From a virus (taxonomy: Duplodnaviria; Caudoviricetes): DNA of 48,713 bases. The notes beneath the pieces are model-generated. The model saw only the letters and a program-made list of their open reading frames with translations. It did not search any database and was not told the DNA's origin. How positions within the stretch are numbered: the stretch's first letter is position 1; every line of letters begins with the position of its first letter. The translations under genes and the position numbers were made by a program. Location of the stretch: the IMG/VR virus record IMGVR_UViG_3300016471_000749, positions 1 through 48,713 of that record; one strand, 5' to 3'. Shown piece after piece: positions 34,521-43,570 of this stretch.

Positions 34521-35693
34521 ATGACAGCAAAATTTTACATTACTGCATCGAAAAACACAATAAATGAAGGTGATACTGTCACCTTCAGCGTAAGAGCTTC
34601 GGGGGTTGCTCCAGGATTAAACATTCCCTATAATATTTTAGGTATACAATCTGAAGATTTAACATCAGGACAACTATCTGGAAATTTATTCATGCTTCCG
34701 GATTCCCTTCCATATTCATCACAAGCGAATCTGACGTTAGGGGTTTTAGAAGATAGGGTCACCGAAAGTTTTGAAACTATAGTATTATTAGTTTCTCCAC
34801 AATTTCCCTATTCTATAGAAGTATCATCAACAGTAGGCGTATTAGATACCTCTATTGACACTTTACCCAGATATTTCCTTTCTGTAGATAAAACTAGGAT
34901 AATAGAAGGAGAAGAAGGCGTAACAGTAACACTTTCTACACTGAATATACCGGATAGAACAGTTGTTCCTTATAGTATAATAGCTTCTTCAAATTCAGAT
35001 ATAACTATTGCAGATTTCGTAGGTTTATCTAGTTTATCGGGTAATTTTCCTCCATTAAGTTCAAATGTAGCCAACATCTATTTAGAAGCAAGAGATGATT
35101 TCCTTTACGAACCTTCTGAATATTTCTTTGTTACAATACCCTTGCCGGGAGTTACTACAAGTTCACAAGTTGTAGAAATAATAGATTCCGGTAACACCCT
35201 ATTAGTTTCTGATGCCACTTTTACTGGAAATATAGAAATAAACTTTTTAGATCCTGCAAATTTGCGTGTAGTATTAGGAGGAACATCTAAAGGTAAATCT
35301 GATTGGGAAGATTTAGTAGGAAAACTTTCAGAAACAATATATTTACAGGGGAGAACTCCATATGCTTCAGATGAATCCCCCGTGTTTTATCAACCATTCT
35401 CATATGTGGTCAGATCAACTAGATCTATCGAGGAATGGAGAGATAGCATTAAACGGGTTTTGCATCCGGCGGGGATGGTTGTTTTTAGTGAAATAAATAA
35501 TGAGACTCCTCCAGATGAAGTAAACAGCATAGAACTTAAAGCAAGCCTGGGGTCAGAAATTCGAGATTTCTTTACGATAACTGCAGATAATGCGAGACCT
35601 CCTTTTTATACTAGCAATAACATTTACAAAAATACTAAAGTGAATGTTACCATCACTTCAGATTTTACCTACACGATATTCAGTTATCTATAA
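34521..35693 (+). CDS. two Ig/Calx-beta-like repeats plus a gp7-like C-terminal part
   Basis: Repeat (Y.....K..I.EG..VT.......PY.I....D....LSGN) occurs twice; C-terminal YQ.FSYV..S...EW...K...HPAG...F.E. Confidence 0.7.
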   Translation: MTAKFYITASKNTINEGDTVTFSVRASGVAPGLNIPYNILGIQSEDLTSGQLSGNLFMLPDSLPYSSQANLTLGVLEDRVTESFETIVLLVSPQFPYSIEVSSTVGVLDTSIDTLPRYFLSVDKTRIIEGEEGVTVTLSTLNIPDRTVVPYSIIASSNSDITIADFVGLSSLSGNFPPLSSNVANIYLEARDDFLYEPSEYFFVTIPLPGVTTSSQVVEIIDSGNTLLVSDATFTGNIEINFLDPANLRVVLGGTSKGKSDWEDLVGKLSETIYLQGRTPYASDESPVFYQPFSYVVRSTRSIEEWRDSIKRVLHPAGMVVFSEINNETPPDEVNSIELKASLGSEIRDFFTITADNARPPFYTSNNIYKNTKVNVTITSDFTYTIFSYL

Positions 35694-35699
35694 TAAATA
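35691..35699 (+). promoter_or_regulatory. late-promoter-like motif upstream of gp8
   Basis: TAATAAATA. Confidence 0.55.
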
Positions 35700-35703
35700 A
35701 TAG

Positions 35704-37002
35704 ATGCCAAATATAATAACAGACAAAATTAAACTAAGAAATGCGATCAGATTCAAGAATCTTGTTAACTTGAATCAAAATTCCTCTCTTTACTTTTACT
35801 TGGGTCGACCCAATCCTTGGTCGAATGATAACGAGCCCCCTATCCCCGGCGATAATCCTCAAGAAGATGCTAAGATTTGGGATGAAATTTTAGGGTTGAA
35901 AAAGTTACTGCCCTCAGATATAAAACATGTCGTCAAACGCGTCGATTGGAAATACGATACTGTATACGATCAATACGACGATGAGGACGAGGAACTATTC
36001 AATAAAGTTTTCTATGTAATGAATAGTACTTATGATGTATACAAATGTATATCTAACAATAGAAGAAGCAAATCATTAGTAGAACCATCCGGTAAAAGTT
36101 TAAATATTTTCACATCTTCGGATGGATATAGATGGAAATATCTTTATTCCATATCTGCAGCAGATCAACTTAAGTTTTTAACAAGAAATTGGATGCCTGT
36201 AGATGTCAATGCTGACGTTTCAGCATTTGCGAAGGATGGGGGCATAGAACATATTATTATCAATAATGGAGGTATAGATTACTCATCCTTCTCTAAAGTT
36301 AGGATAGATGGTGATGGGAAAAATGCTAATATAGGTGTTAGAACTAGATTGGGAGTAATTCAAGATTTTGCATTTAATAATAGCGGCACACAGTATAGAA
36401 ATGCTAATGCCTATATTTTTGATCCGACAGGTTCGGGATATTCCTCCAACATACGAGCTATCATTAATCCAGTAGGTGGACACGGATTTGATCCCATATC
36501 TGAACTAAATGCACATACTTTAATGTTTAATACTAAAACGGATTACAATGAAGGTTTTGAAGACTTTCCCCCTGAAGTAAAATTTAGAAGATTAGGTATA
36601 ATAGATACGCCAGAAGATGCCTACGGTAATCCTGCCAACGCATTGACTCTCAATGGTTTATATTCTATACAATTTGATAATGTTACAGGAATCTTTGTTA
36701 AAGATGAGTATATACTTGCTAATAACAGTCTTTCAAATTTATATTGTGTTACTGCAAATGTGATTTCTAGTAATGCGATAATTAAATATATACAATCCAT
36801 AGATAGCACAAGAAACTTCAATACTCCAAATATCGGAGAATTGATGGTAGGATTAACATCAGGTGCGACAGGAATAGTTAAAACTTTAAGAACACCCGAA
36901 GTACTTCACGATACAGGTTCTATAATCTATGTAGAGAATAGAACTCCTGTTACTAGATCTGTAGATCAATCTGAAATCCTTCATTTAGTTATAGAATTTT
37001 AA
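35704..37002 (+). CDS. gp8: baseplate wedge subunit gp8
   Basis: FYVMN..Y.VYKCI.N, DGYRWKYLY, P.GGHG.D...EL, G..IYVENR.P..R..DQ.E...VIEF. Confidence 0.92.
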   Translation: MPNIITDKIKLRNAIRFKNLVNLNQNSSLYFYLGRPNPWSNDNEPPIPGDNPQEDAKIWDEILGLKKLLPSDIKHVVKRVDWKYDTVYDQYDDEDEELFNKVFYVMNSTYDVYKCISNNRRSKSLVEPSGKSLNIFTSSDGYRWKYLYSISAADQLKFLTRNWMPVDVNADVSAFAKDGGIEHIIINNGGIDYSSFSKVRIDGDGKNANIGVRTRLGVIQDFAFNNSGTQYRNANAYIFDPTGSGYSSNIRAIINPVGGHGFDPISELNAHTLMFNTKTDYNEGFEDFPPEVKFRRLGIIDTPEDAYGNPANALTLNGLYSIQFDNVTGIFVKDEYILANNSLSNLYCVTANVISSNAIIKYIQSIDSTRNFNTPNIGELMVGLTSGATGIVKTLRTPEVLHDTGSIIYVENRTPVTRSVDQSEILHLVIEF

Positions 37003-37011
37003 GGAAATAAA

Positions 37012-40000
37012 ATGCCAGTAGAAACAAATATTTCTCCATACTACGATGACTATTCTGAAGATAAGAATTTTCATAGAATATTGTTTAGACCAGGAGTTGC
37101 GGTACAAGCTAGAGAACTAACTCAATCTCAAACAATATTTCAAAATCAAATTAAAAGGATCGGCGATTATCTTTTTACTTCTGGCGATAAGGTAGTAGGA
37201 CCTAAACCTGCAATAAACATTGATGCAAGAACTATCAGAGTAAAAGATGTAGATCCATTCGGAGTTGCGATAACTCCTGCAACATATCTAAACACGTTTG
37301 TTACTTCCTTAAATTCTAATGTTATCGGTTACGTAGAATTTGTATATGAAAAAGATAATCCGGATATAGGAGATCCAATATCTTTTGTTATATCCTTGAA
37401 AAAATATAATTCTACAAATGATGGAATGTTTGATCAAAATGAAGAATTATTTTTCTACACAGATTATACAGATGCTTTAAATAAATCTACTCCCAATTAT
37501 AGGGCACTAACTGTAGAAGATACTGTAAGAAATGCATTTTGTACAGTATCTCAGTATTCTAAATCTATTATACTAACTAATACTAATTCTTCTATACAAG
37601 TAGGCGATCTATTAGTACATCCTAGTTTGACTAAGAAACTTTATGTTACTGAAATACGTAGTACTATAGAAATTGTTGTTAACGATCCTCCAGAAATCAA
37701 TATTGCGAATGATAGAATAGAATTTATTAAAAAGGCAACATGCCCAACAACTATACTAACACAGGATGTTGCGACATTCTATAAGGATGGTTTCTTTGTT
37801 CGTTGCCCGCTACTAAAAATTGTTCCAGATAAAAATACAGCATATCCTACGAAATCTGTAGGCTTATTCGCCGAAGAAAGAATAATTACTAGTAATGATG
37901 ATACTTCCTTATTAGATCCTGCACTAGGAAGTTCTAATTATTTTGCTAGAGGAGCTGATAGATTAAAAATAGATATTTCAATAGTTAGTCAAAGTTTAGA
38001 TTCCGACGGTAAAGTTGAAATACCTGAAGATTTCATCCCACTTATTAAATTTAATAAAGGGGAGATAGAATATCTCAAAGAACTTTCCACTAATTCTATT
38101 TTGGATTCCAAATTAGCAGAAAGAACTTATGATGAATCTGGTAATTACATAGTAGATCCATTTCAAATTTTACCCGTATCTACTGCGGATTCCGATCCAA
38201 ATTTAATATTCTCAGTTTCTGCAGGTAAGGGATATGTGGGTGGATATCAGGTAAAAACTATAGCACCTACTGAAATTAGAGTACCTAAAAATTTCAAGAC
38301 AGAGACTGTCGAAAATTATAATATTAATACGACGCAGGGAAACTATCTAAAAGTAAAAGATATAGATAGAAGACTAATTAAACCACAAGAATTAACTATG
38401 AGTGAAATTTTCTTAGAAACTCATAGTGTTACTAATCCAACTACTACCAATACTAGGGTAGGTATACTTGCATTTAAAAATTTGGAATATGATAGCTATG
38501 ACGGTAGCAATCTAAGTTATAGGATGTATTATCATTATTATGCCCCGGAAAGCGAAGTCCCGGTATCTTGGGCAGCATGGTCTAACAAATATAATATACC
38601 AGAAAATGAAGGCAGATATCTAGCAAATATACTATATGAATCTAATTATTTACTAGGTAATTATGGCGCATCCAGAACACCATATTATGGTCTATTTAGA
38701 GAACCAGATAATGCGGGATTGGCATACTGGTGGCAACAATGGGTTGCATTTGGAAGAAATATAGAAAATATTAAAGAAGCATTTGTTTTTGGTGCTTCCG
38801 GCACAGATGCTGCTAGGGTTCTGTCTAATTCTAAATCTTTCTTAGTGGTTCAAAATGGCAGCCCATTTTATGATGGATTTGTCAATGTAGAAAAAGTTAA
38901 AAGTATAGTGGGCGTATCCAACGAATATACTTCTCACGGAACTGCTGCAACCTATGCCGCTCCTTTCTTCTATGCAAATATAGCATTAGGTGGGACAGAT
39001 AAAGAAGGTAAGTTGGTGGTATTTGATACTAAACCTGCGGATAATTTAGTTTTTCCTATCAATAAACCTTATATTACTACAGTAAGAAATATCCAAACCT
39101 CATATATTAAGGTTTTTCAAAATTTAGTATTTTCCGGAGGAACTTATACTAAGACATTGTCTTCACCTGAAACTTTTGCATTAGGCGATGGATCAGTACC
39201 TGCAAGTACTGCGAGAGCAAACTTTACATTGCTAATTAAAACTGGTGCTACTAGTAATGTAAAATACGGAACATTTACCTATGAGCCCACACTCACAGGA
39301 GCTAGACCAACAGTAACAATATCTGGGGATTCAGCCTCCTTGACCATTAATACTGGCGATCCCGCGTTTGCCGGTACTGCGGATCTAGCCGCCGTTATAG
39401 AAAATGATAATATAGCAATACGAACTAAAACTTTAACTACCGGCTATTCTATATTAAATATCGATACTGCAGATAAAATTTATGATTTAGGAAAATCGGA
39501 TATCTTTAGATTTAGAAATATTTTCAAAGTTGCTAATGTTTCCAAATATTTAGGAGATTGGAATCCTGCTACATCCTATACTTATAGTGATATAGTAAGC
39601 CAAGAGGGAGCATTATACGTTTCTCAGGCAGTAACTACTAATGTGAATGTTTCCTTTGGCAATGCGTGGAGCCAGATTATTTCTGAAAATATGAATAATT
39701 ATGTTTTAGACAATGGCCAACGGGATAGTTATTATGATCATGGATATGTCACATTTATAGGTGCATCTTCTGACATACCCGGAAATGTGTATATGAGTTA
39801 TGATTATTTCACTCATTCGGGTGAAGGACCTGTAACTGCAGAATCATATCCTCCTTCGTTGTATGGACAAATACCCACCTATCGATCTACAATAGATGCT
39901 ACAGTATATGAGTTGAGAGATTGTTTAGATTTTAGAGCAAGAAGAATCGATGGTTCCGCATATCATAATTATAATCCTGCAGTGTTTCCTTTATCGTCAA

Positions 40001-41646
40001 TTACTTCAGAAGCAGATGTAACCTATTATCTAGGCAGAAAAGATAGATTATACGTGACGAATTCGTTACAAAATTTTGGATCGCCCTTTAATAAGTTTTA
40101 TTACGAAAGGGGCGTCGAAGGTACTACTCCCGTAGAACCTGCAGATTCATCAGATTTAACTAAGTTAAGTATTGCTGTTTTAGAAATACCTCCGTATACA
40201 AGTTCTGCATTTGGTGTCAAAGTTACATATAATGATAATAGAAGATATACCATGAAAGATATAGGTGTATTGGAAGATAATATTATACGATTAGATAAAG
40301 CAGTAAAATTACAAAGCATAGAGGTAGCAAGCTTAAGATCTATCATTACCAATGAGGAAGGTGATGTATTATTAAAATCGGGTATATTGGTAGAAGATTT
40401 TTCTGATTTAGAAAAATCAGATTTATTAAGCGGTTATTTTAGTGCAGCAATAGATGATCAAGAGAAAGAATGTTTCCCAGCTTTTGCGGCATATAATATA
40501 GATTTAGAATTGATAACAGATGCAGACATTACTATCGCCAATGATATTATAACTATGAAATACCAAGAAGATGTATTTGCTTCTCAACTTGAGGCAAATT
40601 CAACAGTCAATCCAAATCCCGGAGGAGTGAATGATGGTTTTGGCAGAGCAAATACAAACAAGAAAAATAGTTTTCTTGTTAATTTATTGTTAACGGGTGG
40701 AGTATTAATAGCAAGCACTATTGCCTTGAAAACTGCGGCGGCATACATAGGTGCTTCTTATGGAGGATCCGCAATAGGAAACTTAGCAACCTCTTTTGCC
40801 GGGGAATCTTTAACATCTCTCGCAACGGTTGCGGAATTTTCTGCAGAAGGAGTTTTATCCGTAGCATGGGAAGCCACTCGAAGGTTAGGACTTTCGTTTT
40901 TAGAATCGGTACAATCAATTGAGGGAGTGACTAAGTTATTTACAGATGTAACTGCCCCATTGGTTAATATTGCCGAGAAAGTATGGGCATTTGCTAAAGG
41001 CGGCTTTAATAGCATATTACCCGAAAGTCTAGGTGCCACAGTTAGTCAAACAAGTACAGTATCTTCAGGAATTACCGGGATATTAAATACGCCGTTCACA
41101 CTTATATCGAGAGCGATTAATACTATAACGGGACAATCCTTTTCTGCAACTATTGCGGGTGTCCAAGCAGGAATAATTGCGATGTCCACATTTATAGTAG
41201 GAGCAACCTTTAAAGGATTGGTATTGGCTTCTTCTGCCCTTGCAAGTGCAACTGCAGGCATACCCATTGTGGGGGCAGTAACATCTGCTATTGCTAGCGG
41301 CACCTTAAGTGCAGGATTGAGTATACTGTCTGCGGGTCCTTTAGCAACAGTAGTTGCGGCAGGTGCTATTGTATATGCAGGTTATAAGATTGTTAAGAAT
41401 GTTTGGAAGACGGTTAAAAAATGGTTCTCAGATGTAAGGATGAAGGAAAATATACAATTTGTAGAAAAACTTTCAAACGGACTAAATGTATATTCATTTG
41501 AATATAAGAAAGAGTTTAAACAGATTGCAGGTTATGGTAGATATACGGGTGTTATTGCACAGGAAGTGGAAAAACTTTATCCGACAGCAGTAACTGTTGA
41601 AAATAATGGTTATAAATCCGTTAATTATTCTTTATTAGGAATCTAA
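37012..41646 (+). CDS. large virion protein (DUF4815/VrlC-like N-terminal part) with a hydrophobic segment and a C-terminal S74 intramolecular chaperone
   Basis: N.SPYYDDY...KNFHRILFRPG.AVQARELTQ, GADRL, LAERTYDESG.Y, LDFR, N.RYTM.DIG, KSG..V.DF; C-terminal WFSDVRMKENI...GVIAQEV...V.Y. Confidence 0.88.
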   Translation: MPVETNISPYYDDYSEDKNFHRILFRPGVAVQARELTQSQTIFQNQIKRIGDYLFTSGDKVVGPKPAINIDARTIRVKDVDPFGVAITPATYLNTFVTSLNSNVIGYVEFVYEKDNPDIGDPISFVISLKKYNSTNDGMFDQNEELFFYTDYTDALNKSTPNYRALTVEDTVRNAFCTVSQYSKSIILTNTNSSIQVGDLLVHPSLTKKLYVTEIRSTIEIVVNDPPEINIANDRIEFIKKATCPTTILTQDVATFYKDGFFVRCPLLKIVPDKNTAYPTKSVGLFAEERIITSNDDTSLLDPALGSSNYFARGADRLKIDISIVSQSLDSDGKVEIPEDFIPLIKFNKGEIEYLKELSTNSILDSKLAERTYDESGNYIVDPFQILPVSTADSDPNLIFSVSAGKGYVGGYQVKTIAPTEIRVPKNFKTETVENYNINTTQGNYLKVKDIDRRLIKPQELTMSEIFLETHSVTNPTTTNTRVGILAFKNLEYDSYDGSNLSYRMYYHYYAPESEVPVSWAAWSNKYNIPENEGRYLANILYESNYLLGNYGASRTPYYGLFREPDNAGLAYWWQQWVAFGRNIENIKEAFVFGASGTDAARVLSNSKSFLVVQNGSPFYDGFVNVEKVKSIVGVSNEYTSHGTAATYAAPFFYANIALGGTDKEGKLVVFDTKPADNLVFPINKPYITTVRNIQTSYIKVFQNLVFSGGTYTKTLSSPETFALGDGSVPASTARANFTLLIKTGATSNVKYGTFTYEPTLTGARPTVTISGDSASLTINTGDPAFAGTADLAAVIENDNIAIRTKTLTTGYSILNIDTADKIYDLGKSDIFRFRNIFKVANVSKYLGDWNPATSYTYSDIVSQEGALYVSQAVTTNVNVSFGNAWSQIISENMNNYVLDNGQRDSYYDHGYVTFIGASSDIPGNVYMSYDYFTHSGEGPVTAESYPPSLYGQIPTYRSTIDATVYELRDCLDFRARRIDGSAYHNYNPAVFPLSSITSEADVTYYLGRKDRLYVTNSLQNFGSPFNKFYYERGVEGTTPVEPADSSDLTKLSIAVLEIPPYTSSAFGVKVTYNDNRRYTMKDIGVLEDNIIRLDKAVKLQSIEVASLRSIITNEEGDVLLKSGILVEDFSDLEKSDLLSGYFSAAIDDQEKECFPAFAAYNIDLELITDADITIANDIITMKYQEDVFASQLEANSTVNPNPGGVNDGFGRANTNKKNSFLVNLLLTGGVLIASTIALKTAAAYIGASYGGSAIGNLATSFAGESLTSLATVAEFSAEGVLSVAWEATRRLGLSFLESVQSIEGVTKLFTDVTAPLVNIAEKVWAFAKGGFNSILPESLGATVSQTSTVSSGITGILNTPFTLISRAINTITGQSFSATIAGVQAGIIAMSTFIVGATFKGLVLASSALASATAGIPIVGAVTSAIASGTLSAGLSILSAGPLATVVAAGAIVYAGYKIVKNVWKTVKKWFSDVRMKENIQFVEKLSNGLNVYSFEYKKEFKQIAGYGRYTGVIAQEVEKLYPTAVTVENNGYKSVNYSLLGI

Positions 41647-41647
41647 A

Positions 41648-43366
41648 ATGGCATCAAATCAGTTAGTAACATCCTCAAGAGATACTAGTTTCCCAGTTTT
41701 TGCGGGATCGGAAGTATTGGCATTTTCTGTATCTCAAATGCCTCCCCTTACTAAAATTTATAGTTATGTTAACGGTGTTAATATTACAGCATTTACTGCA
41801 CCTGTAACTAATGGCGCTTTGATGGGAGATACTATTGAGACAGATCAATTGGGAAGCGCTCTAGGATTACTATACATCCCAAGTACAGATGGTAAGTACA
41901 AATTTTTAACTGGCGAAATACGAATAACTTTTTCTGATAGTCCTAATGGTGTAGAAAATTCTAAATACATTTCTGAAACCACTTTATATAATCACGGTAT
42001 TAGCCTTGTGGATGTGGAACAGGGAACTACAGTTTCATTAAGATCAACTGAAAGATTTAGAACAGATGTTGCGGGATCCTCTAGTGAGACGAGCACCTCA
42101 TTAAAACAATTATCTCCATTATCTCAAACTTTTCTAGTAGATCAAGCTAAGCATCCTTTAGGTATAGTACTAACAGGCATTAATCTATTCTTCTTTTCCA
42201 AGGATGATAAATTACCTATAGGTATAGAATTGCGTCCAGTAGTTGATGGTAAGCCGTCAACATTAGAATATATGTCGGGTTCTTATGTGCAAAAATTACC
42301 TGCAGATGTTACAATTTATGATCAAGTAACCGGATCTGCACCTGCAACAGTTTTCACCTTTCAGCATCCTATCTTCTTGAAACCTGGAGATTATGCATTC
42401 TGCGTAATTACAAAATCAGATAAGTATCAATTACTGTCGGCCAAAGTCGGCGACGGTAAAACTGTCAAACAACCATTTGCAGGATCTCTGTTTAAAGCAC
42501 AAAATACTGGAGAATGGATAGGTGATACGAATGAGGATCTAACCTTCGTATTAAGAAAAGCTAAGTTTGAAACTGGCACGGCGACCTTTGAAATGCAAAA
42601 TCCTGATCTTTATCCGATAGACTATAACAGATTAAGATTGCTTACTACAGATATAAATTATGGCACTACCGCATATGCAGATTATAGGGTTCAAACAACT
42701 AATTCTGGTGGTTCAGTTAATGATTATAAAACCATTCTACAAAATTCTGAACTAAATCTAGATGGGAGACAGACTGCGAATGCACAAGGAGATTTGAAGG
42801 TAGAAATTTCTTTGACTACCAAATCAGAAGATGTCGCTCCAATATTAGATAAACAACTTATAAAAGCGCAAGTATTTAAAAACAGTGTTGTGCCATATAC
42901 TCAGGAAATTTCTCAATCAGAATTAGCACCCAATAATGGATCTGCTCGTTCTAGATATATTAGTAAGATAGTAACCTTGCAAGAGGGATTTGATTCTACA
43001 GGCATTGAAGTTAAAGTAGATGTTAATAGAAAAGTAGGTACCGAGGTAGAGGTCTTCTATAGAGTCTTATCCAGAGAAGACAAACTGCCGGATAGAGGTA
43101 TATTTGATAGACCTTGGATCCTATTACCATTAGTATCTCCTTCTCGTAAATCTTTTGCTGGTACTTCCGATGATGTATTCACAACTGAGGTTTATCGGAC
43201 ATTGAATACTACCTACGGGTATTCTACGAATTCTATTCTATCTGGTACAAGCACAGATGCATCCTTTGAAGATTTTGCATATTATCAAGTAAAAGTAGTA
43301 TTTTATGCGAATAATCCAGTATATCTTCCAAAGATAAAAAATCTAGTTGCCGTCGCTTTACTATGA
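41648..43366 (+). CDS. virion protein corresponding to the C-terminal part of DUF4815/VrlC-like proteins
   Basis: PLSQTF, LFF.SKD, T.F.F..PIFL, GSLFKAQN...W....EDL.F....A.F, YISK.V.L, P.IK.L..VAL. Confidence 0.8.
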   Translation: MASNQLVTSSRDTSFPVFAGSEVLAFSVSQMPPLTKIYSYVNGVNITAFTAPVTNGALMGDTIETDQLGSALGLLYIPSTDGKYKFLTGEIRITFSDSPNGVENSKYISETTLYNHGISLVDVEQGTTVSLRSTERFRTDVAGSSSETSTSLKQLSPLSQTFLVDQAKHPLGIVLTGINLFFFSKDDKLPIGIELRPVVDGKPSTLEYMSGSYVQKLPADVTIYDQVTGSAPATVFTFQHPIFLKPGDYAFCVITKSDKYQLLSAKVGDGKTVKQPFAGSLFKAQNTGEWIGDTNEDLTFVLRKAKFETGTATFEMQNPDLYPIDYNRLRLLTTDINYGTTAYADYRVQTTNSGGSVNDYKTILQNSELNLDGRQTANAQGDLKVEISLTTKSEDVAPILDKQLIKAQVFKNSVVPYTQEISQSELAPNNGSARSRYISKIVTLQEGFDSTGIEVKVDVNRKVGTEVEVFYRVLSREDKLPDRGIFDRPWILLPLVSPSRKSFAGTSDDVFTTEVYRTLNTTYGYSTNSILSGTSTDASFEDFAYYQVKVVFYANNPVYLPKIKNLVAVALL

Positions 43367-43569
43367 GAAAACTCGTACCCGTAGAAAATGAACCTAGTTA
43401 TTTTCGAGATGAAAGCACTTCCGCATTAATTAATACTGACATACATCTTTTAGCAGATTACAAAAGCAGAAGAAAATTGAAAAGAGAAATGCAGGATATG
43501 AAAATGGAAATAAATATGTTGAAAGAAGAATTACAAAAAATAAAAAACCATTTAAACTTGGATACCTAA
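43363..43569 (+). CDS. small coiled-coil protein typical downstream of VrlC-like genes
   Basis: V......RD..T.A.INTD followed by a heptad C-terminus. Confidence 0.75.
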   Translation: MRKLVPVENEPSYFRDESTSALINTDIHLLADYKSRRKLKREMQDMKMEINMLKEELQKIKNHLNLDT

Positions 43570-43570
43570 G

